Source: a cyanobacterium endosymbiont of Rhopalodia gibba (GTDB lineage Bacteria > Cyanobacteriota > Cyanobacteriia > Cyanobacteriales > Microcystaceae). From it: DNA of 64,000 nt. The translations under genes were made by a program, and so were the position numbers. Under the pieces are notes generated by a model. That model searched no databases and had not been told where the DNA came from. It saw nothing but the letters and a program-made list of their open reading frames with translations. Where the stretch lies: contig CP067995.1 of NCBI GenBank assembly GCA_045159875.1, positions 1,760,001-1,824,000 on the forward strand, in the 5' to 3' direction. The first letter of the stretch is position 1. Every line of letters starts with the position of its first letter. Of the stretch, positions 44,928 to 56,887 are shown piece after piece.

Positions 44928-47096
44928 ATGTCCCAAGCAAATGTAGTCAATAATACCTTTAACCTTAAAGATCCTCAATACTATTTCAATCGAGAATTAA
45001 GCTGGTTAGAATTCAACTATCGAGTCTTACACGAGGCATTAGATGAACGAACTCTACTTCTAGAACGCCTAAAATTTACTGCAATTTTTAGCTCTAACCT
45101 TGATGAATTTTTTATGGTTCGCGTAGCAGGGTTAAAACAACAAGTAGCTGCTGGTGTAAGTAAGTTAACTCCTGATGGTCGTACTCCTTCTCAACAGTTA
45201 ACCAATATTAGTGATCGTCTTTGTCCTCTAGTTAAACAGCAGGATCATCTGTTTGAATACACCCTCAAAAATCTCTTAATTGCTCAAGGAATTTATTTAA
45301 TTAACTACGTCGATCTCGATCAAGAACAACGTACTTATCTCCATCAATATTTTGATGATTATATTTTTCCGGTACTAACACCATTAGCAGTTGATCCGAG
45401 CCATCCTTTCCCTTATATTTCTAACCTAAGTCTAAATTTGGCGGTTGTAGTTCGTGAACCTAACACCACAAAAGAACATTTTGCAAGGGTTAAAGTTCCT
45501 CAAGTGCTTCCTCGTTTTGTCGCATTCCCCAAGGAATTACGCCATCAAGAAGATGAGCAGACTGCTGTTTGGACAGGAGTTCCTCTTGAACAAGTGATAG
45601 CCCATAACTTGGAGGCTTTGTTTCCAGGGATGATTGTACAAGAATGTCATCCCTTTCGTTTGACTCGCAATGCGGATTTATTGGTGGAAGAGGATGAAGC
45701 TGATGATCTTCTATTAGCCATAGAACAGGAACTTCGCAAACGTCATGTAGGTAAATCTGCAGTTCGTTTAGAAATCCACGCTTCCACCCCCAGTAACATT
45801 CGAGAACGACTGATGAAAGATTTAGTTTTAGATGAGATTGACGTTTACCATATCGACGGGTTACTAGGACTCAAAGACTTATTTTATTTTATGTCCATTC
45901 CTCGCCCTGATCTTAAAGAGAGACCTTGGAGTGCAGTTATTCCTAATCCTTTACAACGAATTAAACAAGTTGTTAATAACAATGAAGATGGCATAATCCA
46001 ACATGAAGGAGAAAATATTTTTTCCCTAATTCGCAATTCCGATTTGTTAGTTCATCATCCCTATGATTCTTTTAGTGCTTCTGTTGAAGAATTTATTACC
46101 CAAGCTGCTTATGACCCTAATGTTTTGACGATTAAGATAACCCTGTATCGTACTTCTGGCGATTCTCCTATTGTCAATGCTTTAATTGCGGCAGCCGAAA
46201 ATGGTAAACAAGTAGCAGCCTTGGTGGAATTAAAAGCCAGATTTGATGAGGAAAATAATATTCTTTGGGCGCGACGCCTAGAACAATCTGGAGTCCATGT
46301 TGTTTATGGGTTAGCGGGACTCAAAACTCATACTAAAGTAGTTTTAGTAGTGCGACGGGAAGATAATAAAATTCGGCGTTATGTCCATATTGGAACAGGA
46401 AATTACAATTATAAAACTGCTAACTTGTACACCGATCTAGGCTTATTAAGTTGTCGAGAAGAACTGGGGGCTGACTTAACAGATCTATTTAATTTTCTCA
46501 CAGGATATTCCCGTCAGAAATCCTACCGAAAATTGCTAGTCGCTCCCGTCACTATGCGTGATCGCATGATAGAAATGATTTATCGTGAAGTAGAACATTG
46601 CAAAAATGGGGGAAGTGGCCGCATTGTAGCTAAAATGAACGCCTTAGTCGATTCCCAGATGATTAGAACCCTCTATGAGGCTTCTCAGGCAGGAGTGAAA
46701 ATAGACCTGATTGTACGGGGAATTTGTTGTCTACGTCCAGGAGTTAAAGGTATCAGTGATAATATTAATGTTATTAGTATTGTGGGTCGCTTTTTAGAAC
46801 ATTCACGAATTTTTTATTTTCACAATGGTGGAGAAGAAAAAATTTATATTGGGAGTGCAGACTGGATGACTCGTAATCTTTCTCGTCGGGTTGAAGCTAT
46901 AACTCCTATTGAAGATCCATCAATTATGCAGGAATTACAAGAAATTTTGGGAATTATGCTAGCCGATAATCGTCAAGCTTGGGAATTACAGTCTGATGGT
47001 AGTTATGTTCAAAGACATCCTGGGGAAAATTGCCGAGAACAGAGTGCGCACAAAATTTTCATGAAAATGGCATTAAACAGTCAACAGTTAACATAA
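44928..47096 (+). CDS. ppk1: Polyphosphate kinase 1
   Basis: YFNRELSWLEFN, SSNLDEFFMVRV, ELKARFDEENN, KTHTK, GTGNYN, SADWMTRN; ATG at 44928. Confidence 0.98.
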   Translation: MSQANVVNNTFNLKDPQYYFNRELSWLEFNYRVLHEALDERTLLLERLKFTAIFSSNLDEFFMVRVAGLKQQVAAGVSKLTPDGRTPSQQLTNISDRLCPLVKQQDHLFEYTLKNLLIAQGIYLINYVDLDQEQRTYLHQYFDDYIFPVLTPLAVDPSHPFPYISNLSLNLAVVVREPNTTKEHFARVKVPQVLPRFVAFPKELRHQEDEQTAVWTGVPLEQVIAHNLEALFPGMIVQECHPFRLTRNADLLVEEDEADDLLLAIEQELRKRHVGKSAVRLEIHASTPSNIRERLMKDLVLDEIDVYHIDGLLGLKDLFYFMSIPRPDLKERPWSAVIPNPLQRIKQVVNNNEDGIIQHEGENIFSLIRNSDLLVHHPYDSFSASVEEFITQAAYDPNVLTIKITLYRTSGDSPIVNALIAAAENGKQVAALVELKARFDEENNILWARRLEQSGVHVVYGLAGLKTHTKVVLVVRREDNKIRRYVHIGTGNYNYKTANLYTDLGLLSCREELGADLTDLFNFLTGYSRQKSYRKLLVAPVTMRDRMIEMIYREVEHCKNGGSGRIVAKMNALVDSQMIRTLYEASQAGVKIDLIVRGICCLRPGVKGISDNINVISIVGRFLEHSRIFYFHNGGEEKIYIGSADWMTRNLSRRVEAITPIEDPSIMQELQEILGIMLADNRQAWELQSDGSYVQRHPGENCREQSAHKIFMKMALNSQQLT

Positions 47097-47173
47097 AGAA
47101 ATAACTAAATATAAAGGTTAATATTTATTGTCTTTTGTTATGAAGCGCAACAGCTCCCACAGGCAGTCTATGA

Positions 47174-48538
47174 TTAAACTATTAACTGTTCCCGAAACTT
47201 TTCTACCACTAAGTTTAACCCGACAGAATTAGAGGCTTTAAAAAGTAAGCGATCGCCCGGTTCGATAATTACTTTCAATCGTTCAATGAGTTCCTGATGG
47301 GTAGAGATGCAATCAGTGATCACACCTAGTGCACCTTGGGTAATTGCCTCTGCTTCAGGATCATTAACCAACACTAACAAATGATCAACCTCCGCTTCTT
47401 TTACCATTTTTCCAACTTCACAGTGGAATTGGGCTGATTTTTCTCCTAATTCCTTCATAGTTCCTAGAATCGCTAAATGTCGTTTGCCAGGAATTTCTTT
47501 CAACAAATTTAAAGCCGCTTTCATAGACTCTAATCCTGCATTATAGGTCTCATCGAGAATGATAATGTCACCTGGCAATTTATATTGTCGGGAACGTCCT
47601 TTAGGCAAATGGACTTTAACTCCTTGAGCAAAAGAAGTCAAATCGAAATTTAGACATTTGGCTACAGCCAAAGCCCCTAAATAGTTTAAAGCATTGTGAC
47701 GACCTGGTAACGGCACGGGAAAATTCATCCCCTCTACCTGTAAAGTTTGAGAATCAATTAATTTTCCAGTTATATCTCCTCCTTCAAGCCCATAAGTCAT
47801 GGTTTTTCCGGACCAAACTTTCTTTGCCGTTTGAATTAAAAGAGTATTCTCGTGATTGAGAATAGCAATTCCCTCTCGAGGCATTTGAGCTAATAACTCA
47901 CATTTAGCTTGGGCGATTGCCTCTTTTGAGCCTAGTCTCCCAATATGGGCTGTTCCCACATTTGTAATCAGTCCAATAGTGGGACGGGCTATTTGAGTGA
48001 GTAAAGCAATCTCTCCCAGAGCTCGCATACCCATTTCAATCACCACATAATTTTGATCAGTTGTTAGCTCTAATAAAGTTTTAGGAACACCAATTTCATT
48101 GTTGTAATTACTTTGAGTTTTGTGGACTTTTCCCTGTGTTCTCAAGACAGCTGCAATTAATTCTTTTGTAGTCGTTTTGCCAACTGAGCCTGTGACAGCT
48201 ATCACAGGAATATCAACTTGATTACGCCACCAATGAGCAATTTGTTGATAAGCAACTAAAGTGTCTTTGACTTGAAACTGTGGTATTTTCTTGCTTAAAC
48301 TTACTGGTAAATAGTGATCTACAATCAGAGCTACTGCTCCTTTCAGTGTTGCATCTTTTGCAAATTTATGTCCATCAAAATTGCTGCCTTTTAATGCCAA
48401 AAATACTTCTCCTTTCTTGATGGAACGGCTATCTGTATTGATTCCTTTAGCTTTCTCATAAGGATTAAAGTTAAAAACTTGGTCTAGATTACTTTCAAAT
48501 AAATCAAGAAAGTTACTGAGATAAATTTCGAATGACAT
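47174..48538 (-). CDS. murF: UDP-N-acetylmuramoyl-tripeptide--D-alanyl-D-alanine ligase
   Basis: TDSR, FDGH, VTGSVGKTTTKE, NNEIGVP, EMGM, DETYNA, KASN. Confidence 0.97.
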   Translation of the reverse strand: MSFEIYLSNFLDLFESNLDQVFNFNPYEKAKGINTDSRSIKKGEVFLALKGSNFDGHKFAKDATLKGAVALIVDHYLPVSLSKKIPQFQVKDTLVAYQQIAHWWRNQVDIPVIAVTGSVGKTTTKELIAAVLRTQGKVHKTQSNYNNEIGVPKTLLELTTDQNYVVIEMGMRALGEIALLTQIARPTIGLITNVGTAHIGRLGSKEAIAQAKCELLAQMPREGIAILNHENTLLIQTAKKVWSGKTMTYGLEGGDITGKLIDSQTLQVEGMNFPVPLPGRHNALNYLGALAVAKCLNFDLTSFAQGVKVHLPKGRSRQYKLPGDIIILDETYNAGLESMKAALNLLKEIPGKRHLAILGTMKELGEKSAQFHCEVGKMVKEAEVDHLLVLVNDPEAEAITQGALGVITDCISTHQELIERLKVIIEPGDRLLFKASNSVGLNLVVEKFREQLIV

Positions 48539-49555
48539 AATGTTTTAATCAAAGTTTTTTATTGAATAAACCTAATTGGTATCTAAATCATCTTAAGAAG
48601 ATCAATGTTATAATTATTATTATTTAGTTCCAAATGTTCTGAATCAATGATGGAGATCATTTAACGAGCAGGTTATGTGCCAATTAATTATCCTAAGCGT
48701 TTGTTTAACCATTTTCTAAATTATTACTGTCATATTTTAACCAGCTGTTGGCAGATAAAGCCTCAACTACAAGATTATATTCCTAACCTAATTGATATGT
48801 TTAAAAATTTAGCGGAACTTTGTAGTTGTTTTTACTATTCTAACCGTTAAATTCGCTATTTTGTCAAAAATATTAGTAAATTTATTAGATTTACTAAACT
48901 TCAGCGGTTAGTGAGAATAATTAATGCTAAAAATATCAACAACTAATACCACTCCCCAGGGTTAAATTAATGATACTGGAATATTTATTCATTAGATTCA
49001 AAATTCTATGTTTTCAATAGGATTAAGTTCTGCTTTAAAACATTTTGTGCAGGCATAGTAGACGGTAGCCATACTTGTGAAAATATGTCGTATAACAAAG
49101 TATGTCCTATAATTTTTCTAAGTCAAATTGTTTACACCTCAACTCTTGAACAGTTTTAATGGTATTTGTACAAGTATTTAATTATTCTTTTGTAATTTTA
49201 CAGATAAAAAAGATTGATTTTCAAAACTTTTTATAACGTCTTCCAAAATGTTCTGCCTAAATATAACTATCAAAAGTCTAATAAATTTTTAATGTTGCAG
49301 ATATCGAGTCAATTATCGAATTTTTTCGTCGTTTAAAATAGTCAGTAGCCGGAACACTATGTTTTTACTAAAAGTATTAATTTTGGCAAAGTGGATTTAA
49401 CTGCTTTAAGCTAAACCAAGTTGATTTTAAATGAAATCAACTTTGACGATACTTCTAATCCCTTCTTATATCCAGAAAAAGAAGAAGTTTGCTATGATTT
49501 TAAAGTTTCCTATTTGGGAATATCTAAACTAATCACCAACCCTACACAGTCAATA

Positions 49556-50347
49556 ATGAGGTTACTTTGTCCAAAATCTTCAACATCACCAGAAGTCCCT
49601 CTATTTATCTATTTACCAGGAATGGATGGAACAGGAAGGCTGCTACATCGACAAGTTAAAAAATTGAGTCAATTTTTTAAAGTTTGTTGTTTATCAATTC
49701 CCCAAGATGATTGTAGCAACTGGAATACTTTAGTTTCTCAAACCATTAGTTTAATTGAAAAAGAACTCAAGCGTCATCTTCAATTTTCCTCTGTTTATTT
49801 GTGTGGAGAATCTTTTGGAGGATGTTTAGCGATAAAACTTGCTCTGAAGTCTCCTAAATTAATTAAAAAAATGATTTTAATTAATCCTGCTTCATCTTTT
49901 AGGCAACGTCCTTTATTAAGTTTGGGAAGTGAATTAATTCAATGGGTACCAGAGATTCTACACCAAACTTCAATTCTAGGATTTTTACCCTTTTTGGCAG
50001 CTTTAGGAAGAATAGAAACAAAGGATTATCACGCTTTATTAAAAGCGATGCAGTCAGTTCCTCCATTAGTAGTTAGTTATCGACTGAAGCTATTACGGGA
50101 TTTCAACGTCGATGAAGCACAATTAAAACAGTTAACCCAACCTATTTTAACCGTCGCTAGTGATAGCGATTACCTATTACCGTCTGTCGCTGAAGGAAAA
50201 CGATTAATCAACTGTTTACCTAATAGTAACTTAGTAATCTTACCCGATAGTGGACATGCTTGTTTATTGGAAACTGAAGTTGATTTAACTAAACTGCTTC
50301 AAAACTATAATTTTTTACCCATTAAAATCACAGCCCATAAACGTTGA
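49556..50347 (+). CDS. Alpha/beta-fold hydrolase
   Basis: LPGMDGTG, GESFGG nucleophile motif, NPAS, SGHACLLE; ORF open from 49421, start uncertain. Confidence 0.9.
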   Translation: MRLLCPKSSTSPEVPLFIYLPGMDGTGRLLHRQVKKLSQFFKVCCLSIPQDDCSNWNTLVSQTISLIEKELKRHLQFSSVYLCGESFGGCLAIKLALKSPKLIKKMILINPASSFRQRPLLSLGSELIQWVPEILHQTSILGFLPFLAALGRIETKDYHALLKAMQSVPPLVVSYRLKLLRDFNVDEAQLKQLTQPILTVASDSDYLLPSVAEGKRLINCLPNSNLVILPDSGHACLLETEVDLTKLLQNYNFLPIKITAHKR

Positions 50348-50978
50348 AGTCGATAAGACTTATTATAGTAATCTTTATATGTTGGAATTATTAAGAGTCT
50401 TTGTTTTGTCAGATATAAATTAACAAAGTTAATAACTTATGTGAGTTCCTCAAAAAAAATTTTTTTTCCATTTATTAATTTTTCAGGGAAAATATGAGAA
50501 CTATCTCCATTTTAGTAACGCTTTATTCCAGGATGAGTGCTAGTAAGGATGTTATGCTAAATGTTTGGACCATCGTTCATATTGATTGCTGATTCTAAAT
50601 ATTTCAGAAGATGTTTTTTGTAAAAAATCTTATATTATTAAGGTCAATTATAGATTTTTTATGTAAAATTTATAATTTTTAAAAAAGCTGTTTCTAATAA
50701 AAATAGTCAATGGACTTTTAGTTCTTTAATTTTGTAATAGTAGTATCAATCTTTATTGAATTCTTTAATGTTTAAAGGCTGCCACAAGTTGACGATTTAC
50801 TAATGCCAATTCAATTGCCTGAGGAAACTGGCATTAGTCCACACTCTCTCGGGTTCCGGGAAAAAAATGAGATCAACGAATTCGCCATTACTTTTCAGAT
50901 AAATGTTACTTTACTTTAATAAACTAACTTCTTTTCTACTTCTAGTTTTCTGTTCTAGAGTTCCAGAGTTTAAAATTT

Positions 50979-51020
50979 ATCTTTAGCTATTTTTTAGACG
51001 CTAAAAAAATAGCTAAAGAT
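50979..51020. repeat. Inverted repeat, ~19-bp arms with one homopolymer bulge
   Basis: atctttagctattttttag-acg-ctaaaaaaatagctaaagat. Confidence 0.92.
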
Positions 51021-51389
51021 TTGAAAGATATAAAGAAAATAAATAAACAACTCTAAATGATTAGACACACAATTTTTAATTGTTTTGTAATTATATGATC
51101 AGTTCTCAGTTAACTATGTGATTGCATGTAATTTAGTCCAGTCTCCTAATGTTCTTACGTAATATTCTACTACATAAATACCGAAAACGTGAACGTAAAG
51201 AGCAATTTTTCCTAAAAATTGAATTTAATAGTTAACATCATAATATTGGACCTACATTATTTTGTATAATAGCTATATTTTTTCTGAATAATTGAGAAAA
51301 AAAATATTTTTTTATGGAAAAACTATATCATAATACTGACATTAATTTTAGGCTGGATAGAGTTCTCCAAAATTTACAAATAAAAGTGA

Positions 51390-51431
51390 AATATAAAGTT
51401 AAATAAATTTAAATTTATTTAACTTTATATT
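51390..51431. repeat. 42-bp perfect loopless palindrome
   Basis: aatataaagttaaataaattt|aaatttatttaactttatatt. Confidence 0.95.
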
Positions 51432-51449
51432 CATTAAAATTGACCAATC

Positions 51450-51990
51450 AAGATGAAATAACTCAGCTATAACAGAATACCAAAACAACTGTTTAAGTGC
51501 GATTATCAACATAAGTTAAGAATATTACAAACATGGGTTTTAAGCATTCCTACAGTAATATAAAGTTGTTGAGAGATGGCGGCATTAATATGAGCATGGA
51601 CAAAACTGTATAACTTATAATTAGGTTTCAGTCAAAGGGTAATGTCACAATAATTTTTGAGATAATTTTTCTTGACGTGAATTGCTCAGAGAAGCTAAAT
51701 AAAAGGGACTTCTGCTTGGTATTGTATATTATACGTAACAAACAATACCAACCTATACACTACTCTGATGAGTTATTCTGAGAACTTCAAGCCGCCAACA
51801 CTTTTTACTTTTAATTATGAAGGCTTGGGATGAAAATTTTTGTCTTTAATTACCCTTCTAAGTCCATTTTATAGAAAATAACAAATTCAATGTCATCAAG
51901 TTCTCTTAACTCTAGATAAATAATAGTAGCATTAAGATTGTGTTTCGTACAACAACACAAGTTATTCTTGATCATCGGATACTTATTATC
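51450..51990 (-). pseudogene. NarL/LuxR-family response regulator pseudogene
   Basis: HTH fragment NAAISQQLYITVGMLKTHVCNILN then VDNRT* after a frameshift; receiver part heavily eroded. Confidence 0.7.
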
Positions 51991-52276
51991 CCAAAATAAT
52001 TTCTTTATAACTATTTATAGTAAAGTATAGTTTATTCAGTAAATGTGTAAGTATTTATTTATCTTTCTTAGAAGAAAAATATAGATTTTATCTGTTTTTA
52101 AAGTTAAGTTTTTCTTTATAAAATTATTTTTTAAAACTCTTTGCTGTCAATACTTTTTTATTGTTTATTTCTTATTTTAAGACAAAAACTGACAGCCTTA
52201 AATAGTAATGTAAACACTTACAGATTTCGTGAGCATTAAAAGTTACTACTAAAAAGTAGAAAACAGCAACAACAAG

Positions 52277-53284
52277 TTAAATCTCTTTACAAAATTCAAG
52301 AGCTTTATCTAAAATCTGATTTCCCTGCTCAACAGTTTCAATACGAGAGACGCGTTCGCGTAACTCAGATGCTCCTGGAAATGCCCTACAATACCAAGCT
52401 AGATGCTTTCGTGATTGATAAATTCCTCGTTGCCCCTTATATTCCCATAGATTATTAAGATGTTCTTTTGCGCATTCTAGTCGTTGTTCTGGAGTTGGGG
52501 GAACTTTGCGAATTCCTGTTTGTAAAAAATAATCAATTTCCCCGACTAGAAACGGATAACCTAATGTTCCTCGCGAACACATCACTCCATCTGCTCCTGT
52601 AATTTCTAAACACTTCATAGCTGATTCTACTGAAAAAATATCCCCGTTAGCAAGTATAGGAATACTTAATATTTCTTTGACTTTAGTAATCCATTCCCAT
52701 TTTGCTTTTCCATTATATCCTTGAGCACGAGTCCTAGCATGAATGGTGATCATTGCTGCCCCCGAATCTTCCATTCTTTTTGCAAAATCAAGGATGTTAA
52801 TTTCTTGATCACTCCAGCCAATACGAGTTTTAACGGTAACAGGGACTTCAACAGATTTCACTACTTTTTTAACAATTGCTTGAGCAATATCTGGTTGACG
52901 AAGTAGAGAAGAACCACCTCCTTTTTTAGTGATTTTATTCACGGGACAACCCATATTTATATCAATAGTTTGCGCCCCTTTTTTCACAGATTCTTGAGCA
53001 GCTTCAGCTAGAAAGTCGGGACGATAGTCAAATAATTGAATACTAATAGGCTGTTCATCCCTATCAATTCCCATCAGTTTTGTTAGTTCTTTTAAATGGT
53101 GAATTTGTGTAGCATTAACCATCTCAGTATACATCATAGATTGAGGTGCATATCGCCTAACTAAACGACGAAATACTAAATCTGTAACTCCAGACAAGGG
53201 AGACTGAAATACGCGACTTTTCACTTCCAATGATCCAATTTTCAAAGGAGATGATAATTTTTGTTTAAGATAATTAGACAACAT
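52277..53284 (-). CDS. dusB: tRNA-dihydrouridine synthase B
   Basis: SPLSGVTD, DINMGCP, VTVKTRIGW, HARTR, ANGDI. Confidence 0.96.
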   Translation of the reverse strand: MLSNYLKQKLSSPLKIGSLEVKSRVFQSPLSGVTDLVFRRLVRRYAPQSMMYTEMVNATQIHHLKELTKLMGIDRDEQPISIQLFDYRPDFLAEAAQESVKKGAQTIDINMGCPVNKITKKGGGSSLLRQPDIAQAIVKKVVKSVEVPVTVKTRIGWSDQEINILDFAKRMEDSGAAMITIHARTRAQGYNGKAKWEWITKVKEILSIPILANGDIFSVESAMKCLEITGADGVMCSRGTLGYPFLVGEIDYFLQTGIRKVPPTPEQRLECAKEHLNNLWEYKGQRGIYQSRKHLAWYCRAFPGASELRERVSRIETVEQGNQILDKALEFCKEI

Positions 53285-54099
53285 TTTATGGGAAGGTAAG
53301 TTTAAACAATAAAACTATTCTAGACTAAGGACAATAAATAGCTCATAACTTTCAAAATTCTTATCCTAATTGTACTATATAACTCGCAAAATTTAATTTT
53401 GATAACAATCAAAGTTTTAACTACTAAAAACTTTCAAAAATAATATTTTTAGAGTTTGTCTATTATGATCCGTCATAGCTAGTCTAGGAGAGCTATAGAT
53501 AATTACTGTGTATATCTTTTATCGCTTATTTTATTCAGTAAATCTTAATTTTAAATACTAAAGTAAAAAAAATTAAAAATAATCTATATTTAGTGAGTCT
53601 TAAAAAGTTTTTTATTAGTCTATGTCGAAGATCATCAAGACATTCTATTTAACTTTTTATCGAACATATTGTAAAAAATTTGAGCTCAATGCCATTAATT
53701 TTTATTTAATTTAAACTAACTTTAGTATAAAAATTAAAAAGTTTAATATTGACTTAGGTTTGATTGCTAATCTAAAGATACTAATCGTAACTTTAGATAG
53801 AAACTGACAGTTAGAAAGATAGAAAAAATTTCTTTATATAAAAGCTAAACTTTATATTAAGTAAACTATAAATAATTATAAGATAACATTTTATAATTAC
53901 TTTGATTTTAAATTATCTAAGTTAATTTAGACAATCGTGTCGAAATATAGCAAAATTTATTGTACTAATAGAAATTTTTGCAAAAAAGGACAAACAGAAT
54001 GTACTAAGAATTTTGTAAATATTCTTACAAGTATTTCTTAAGCTAGAAAGTGAGAGTCTTTATAGAAAAAAACAATTTTTTAAAAAAGTAATGTCAAAT

Positions 54100-54600
54100 A
54101 TCGGGATTAGAAGCTACTAATAATCTCTATCTTAATTCCATGGGCTAATAATAATTTAGGCATTTAAAAGTATAAATTAAAAATAATTATAATATACAAA
54201 TTGTAGTAATTATCAGCATTTTTAAATATTGGTTCTAAAGTAGATAATCGAACAAAGCGATTAGGAGAAAAAACTATAATAGTTATGTTGATAGTTAAAA
54301 ATTAAATATTTTCTTAAAAAGAAAGACTTATATTGATTGATTGTCAATTTCAACTAAAAGAGACAATAGATAAATTGGAGAGTAGTACCAATATTAGTAA
54401 TACTAGTGTTATTGACAGTGAGGATCATGTCGCTAGTGTCACTAACTCCAATGGGGAGAGAGCATCTTAGGTTATTTCCGATATAGTAATTATGTTGAAT
54501 AATCTACTTGAGAAAGCAAACTTAAATCTCTTGATATTTCACTTATAATCTTCCAATCATCGGACTTCCTTAATCAAGTCTCACACAATCATTCTTAGAT
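54100..54600 (+). pseudogene. Gamma-glutamyltransferase remnant
   Basis: SSTNIS..SVIDSEDHVASVTNSNGERAS*VISDIVIMLNNLLEKANLN matches the start of the GGT small subunit. Confidence 0.65.
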
Positions 54601-55120
54601 TTAAAAAACTAAAAATACTTTAGAACAATGAAAAATTGTGTTAAAATCGCTATTTTACAAGTAATTTCCAATTTACTCGACTTTGGTTGTTTTTTGGATG
54701 AAGCCATAACCCATCCAAGGTTTAACCCAAGAACTCAGAATAATTTAGTTCTATCAAAGGGAACACAAATTATTCAATCAACATAACCAAATATGTTTTT
54801 TGTGGAAGTTCGTGCGTTTCAATACACTGTTGGTGGCACAATAGCGGCCATTGATAATTCTCAGTAGTTCGGACTTATGTGTAATTGAACTAACTGCCTA
54901 TTAAACCAATAATAAATGGTGACACTTAACTTCGGTTGAAAACTCCTGCCGACATTTTTGTTAGACTACTCTGGAATAGTAATAGAAGATTTTCTCTTTT
55001 ATTGAAAATAATGTAACTTATATAGCTGAAGAGTCAAGATCAAAAAAACATCATGATTCCCTCAGTGTAATTGAGCTGACGAGGTCATCATCGGTCCTAC
55101 TCAAATTTTCAATAAATACT

Positions 55121-56809
55121 ATGTTTGTTTTACGTTTGTGTGTGAGTATGAGTGCAGGTATTTTTCTGTCCTTAGTCTGGAAAGTATCGGTGGCGACACA
55201 AGTACCGTCATCTTCTGTCAAAACTCACGATGGAACTTCGGCAACCTCTCAGGAAACTTCTTTGTTATCCCCCAATAGGCGAGTGCGGGCGAAGAAAGTG
55301 AACTATCATGTGGCGGACACCCAGCAGATAAAACAATCTATTTCAAAACAAACATCATCAACTATCAAGAAATTTTCTACTCAGGTTAGTGTTGAGCCCA
55401 TAGACTCATTAAATGTCCCCAACGCTGTTGATTACTCTTCAGCCATCCTAAAAAACTTGCTATCAAACAAACTTAGCCCCGGTGGCAACCCCTTATTGTT
55501 TCCCACTAAACCCTCAGAGGTGGAGACAGCCATTAGTCAACCGATTACCTTAGATCAAGCCATTTCTCTGGCATTGCATAATAATAGAGAACTCCAAGCC
55601 TCTCGTATTAAACTAGAAGAGCGTCAGGCTCGTTTAAAGGTCGAACAAGCCGACTTGTTTCCTACAATAGATATTGGAGCTAGTGCCGTACGATTTAGAA
55701 ATGATAGAGTATTCGGTGGTGGTACGAATCAACTCGGAAATTTAATTCCTGAAGAAACCAGTGCTGAAACTTTTACAGATCTTCGGGCTTTAGCAACCCT
55801 TAATTATATTATTTACAGTGGGGGCGAACGGTTAGCTCAAATTACACGGGCTCAACGAGAAGTCCGGAACCAAGAGCTAGAAGTAGAGCGAATTTCTGAA
55901 CAAACCCGCTTTGAATCTACTGATCGTTATTATCGGTTACAAAACGCCGATGCTCAGGTTGCCATTGCCCAAGCGGCAGTAGAAGATGCCAATCAAAGTT
56001 TACGGGATGCTCGATTGTTAGAACAAGCGGGGTTGGGAACACGATTTGATGTTTTGCGAGCTGAGGGGGACTTAGCTACGGCTAATCAAGGGTTAACCCG
56101 TGCAATCGCAGAACAGCGAACGGCAAGACGTAGTTTAGCCGAATTTCTGAGTGTGGGACAGCACATTCAATTAACAGCAGTAGATGAGATCTCCGAAGCA
56201 GGGACTTGGGCAATGACCCTTGATGAAACCATTGTCCGTGCCTATAAAAATCGCGCTGAGTTAGAACAACAATTAGTACAACGAGAAATTGGTCAACAAG
56301 ATCGTGACATTGCTCTGTCAGAAATTAGACCTCAAGTTAGTTTTCTCGCAGAATATGATGCACGGGACAACTTAGACGATGGCGTTCCTGTTCTTATGGA
56401 TTGGACATTCGAAGCAAGGGTTCGCTGGCGGATTTTTGATGGGGGAAAAGCCTTTGCAGGAGCCAGACGAGCTGAACGGAATATAGACTTAGCCAATACC
56501 AACTTTGCTAAACAACGCAATGCCATTCGTCTTGAGGTAGAAGAAGCTTATTATAATCTTATTGCAAATCGGGAAAATATCACCAGTACCCGCAAGAACG
56601 TTGAAATTTTTACAGAGGCTCTCAGACTGGCTCGATTACGATTTCAGGCGGGGGTTGGAACTCAAACTGATGTTATTGATGCTCAACGAGATCTCACAGA
56701 TGCACGGGGGCGTTTTCTACAGGCAGTTATTGGCTACAATCAATCTCTCAATGCTTTACAACGCTCAGTTAGTAATTTACCTGATAATGGACTGTTTGAG
56801 GCACGTTGA
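55121..56809 (+). CDS. TolC-family outer membrane efflux protein
   Basis: ITLDQAISLALHNNREL, two OEP repeats (GLGTRFDVLRA, RFQAGVGTQTDVIDAQ). Confidence 0.94.
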   Translation: MFVLRLCVSMSAGIFLSLVWKVSVATQVPSSSVKTHDGTSATSQETSLLSPNRRVRAKKVNYHVADTQQIKQSISKQTSSTIKKFSTQVSVEPIDSLNVPNAVDYSSAILKNLLSNKLSPGGNPLLFPTKPSEVETAISQPITLDQAISLALHNNRELQASRIKLEERQARLKVEQADLFPTIDIGASAVRFRNDRVFGGGTNQLGNLIPEETSAETFTDLRALATLNYIIYSGGERLAQITRAQREVRNQELEVERISEQTRFESTDRYYRLQNADAQVAIAQAAVEDANQSLRDARLLEQAGLGTRFDVLRAEGDLATANQGLTRAIAEQRTARRSLAEFLSVGQHIQLTAVDEISEAGTWAMTLDETIVRAYKNRAELEQQLVQREIGQQDRDIALSEIRPQVSFLAEYDARDNLDDGVPVLMDWTFEARVRWRIFDGGKAFAGARRAERNIDLANTNFAKQRNAIRLEVEEAYYNLIANRENITSTRKNVEIFTEALRLARLRFQAGVGTQTDVIDAQRDLTDARGRFLQAVIGYNQSLNALQRSVSNLPDNGLFEAR

Positions 56810-56887
56810 TCCCAGACAATTCTCTGTTTTCTGTTACTTGAAACGTTGTAGGGGTAATTTATCTGTTTCTACATTAAGTTAAGATCT

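Noticed and set aside
48600..49100. Possible further pseudogene remnants (also near 16150-16290, 25800-26100, 50480-50900, 61430-61760)
   Set aside because: Slightly higher GC suggests former genes, but I could not recover a convincing motif; tblastx would be needed.
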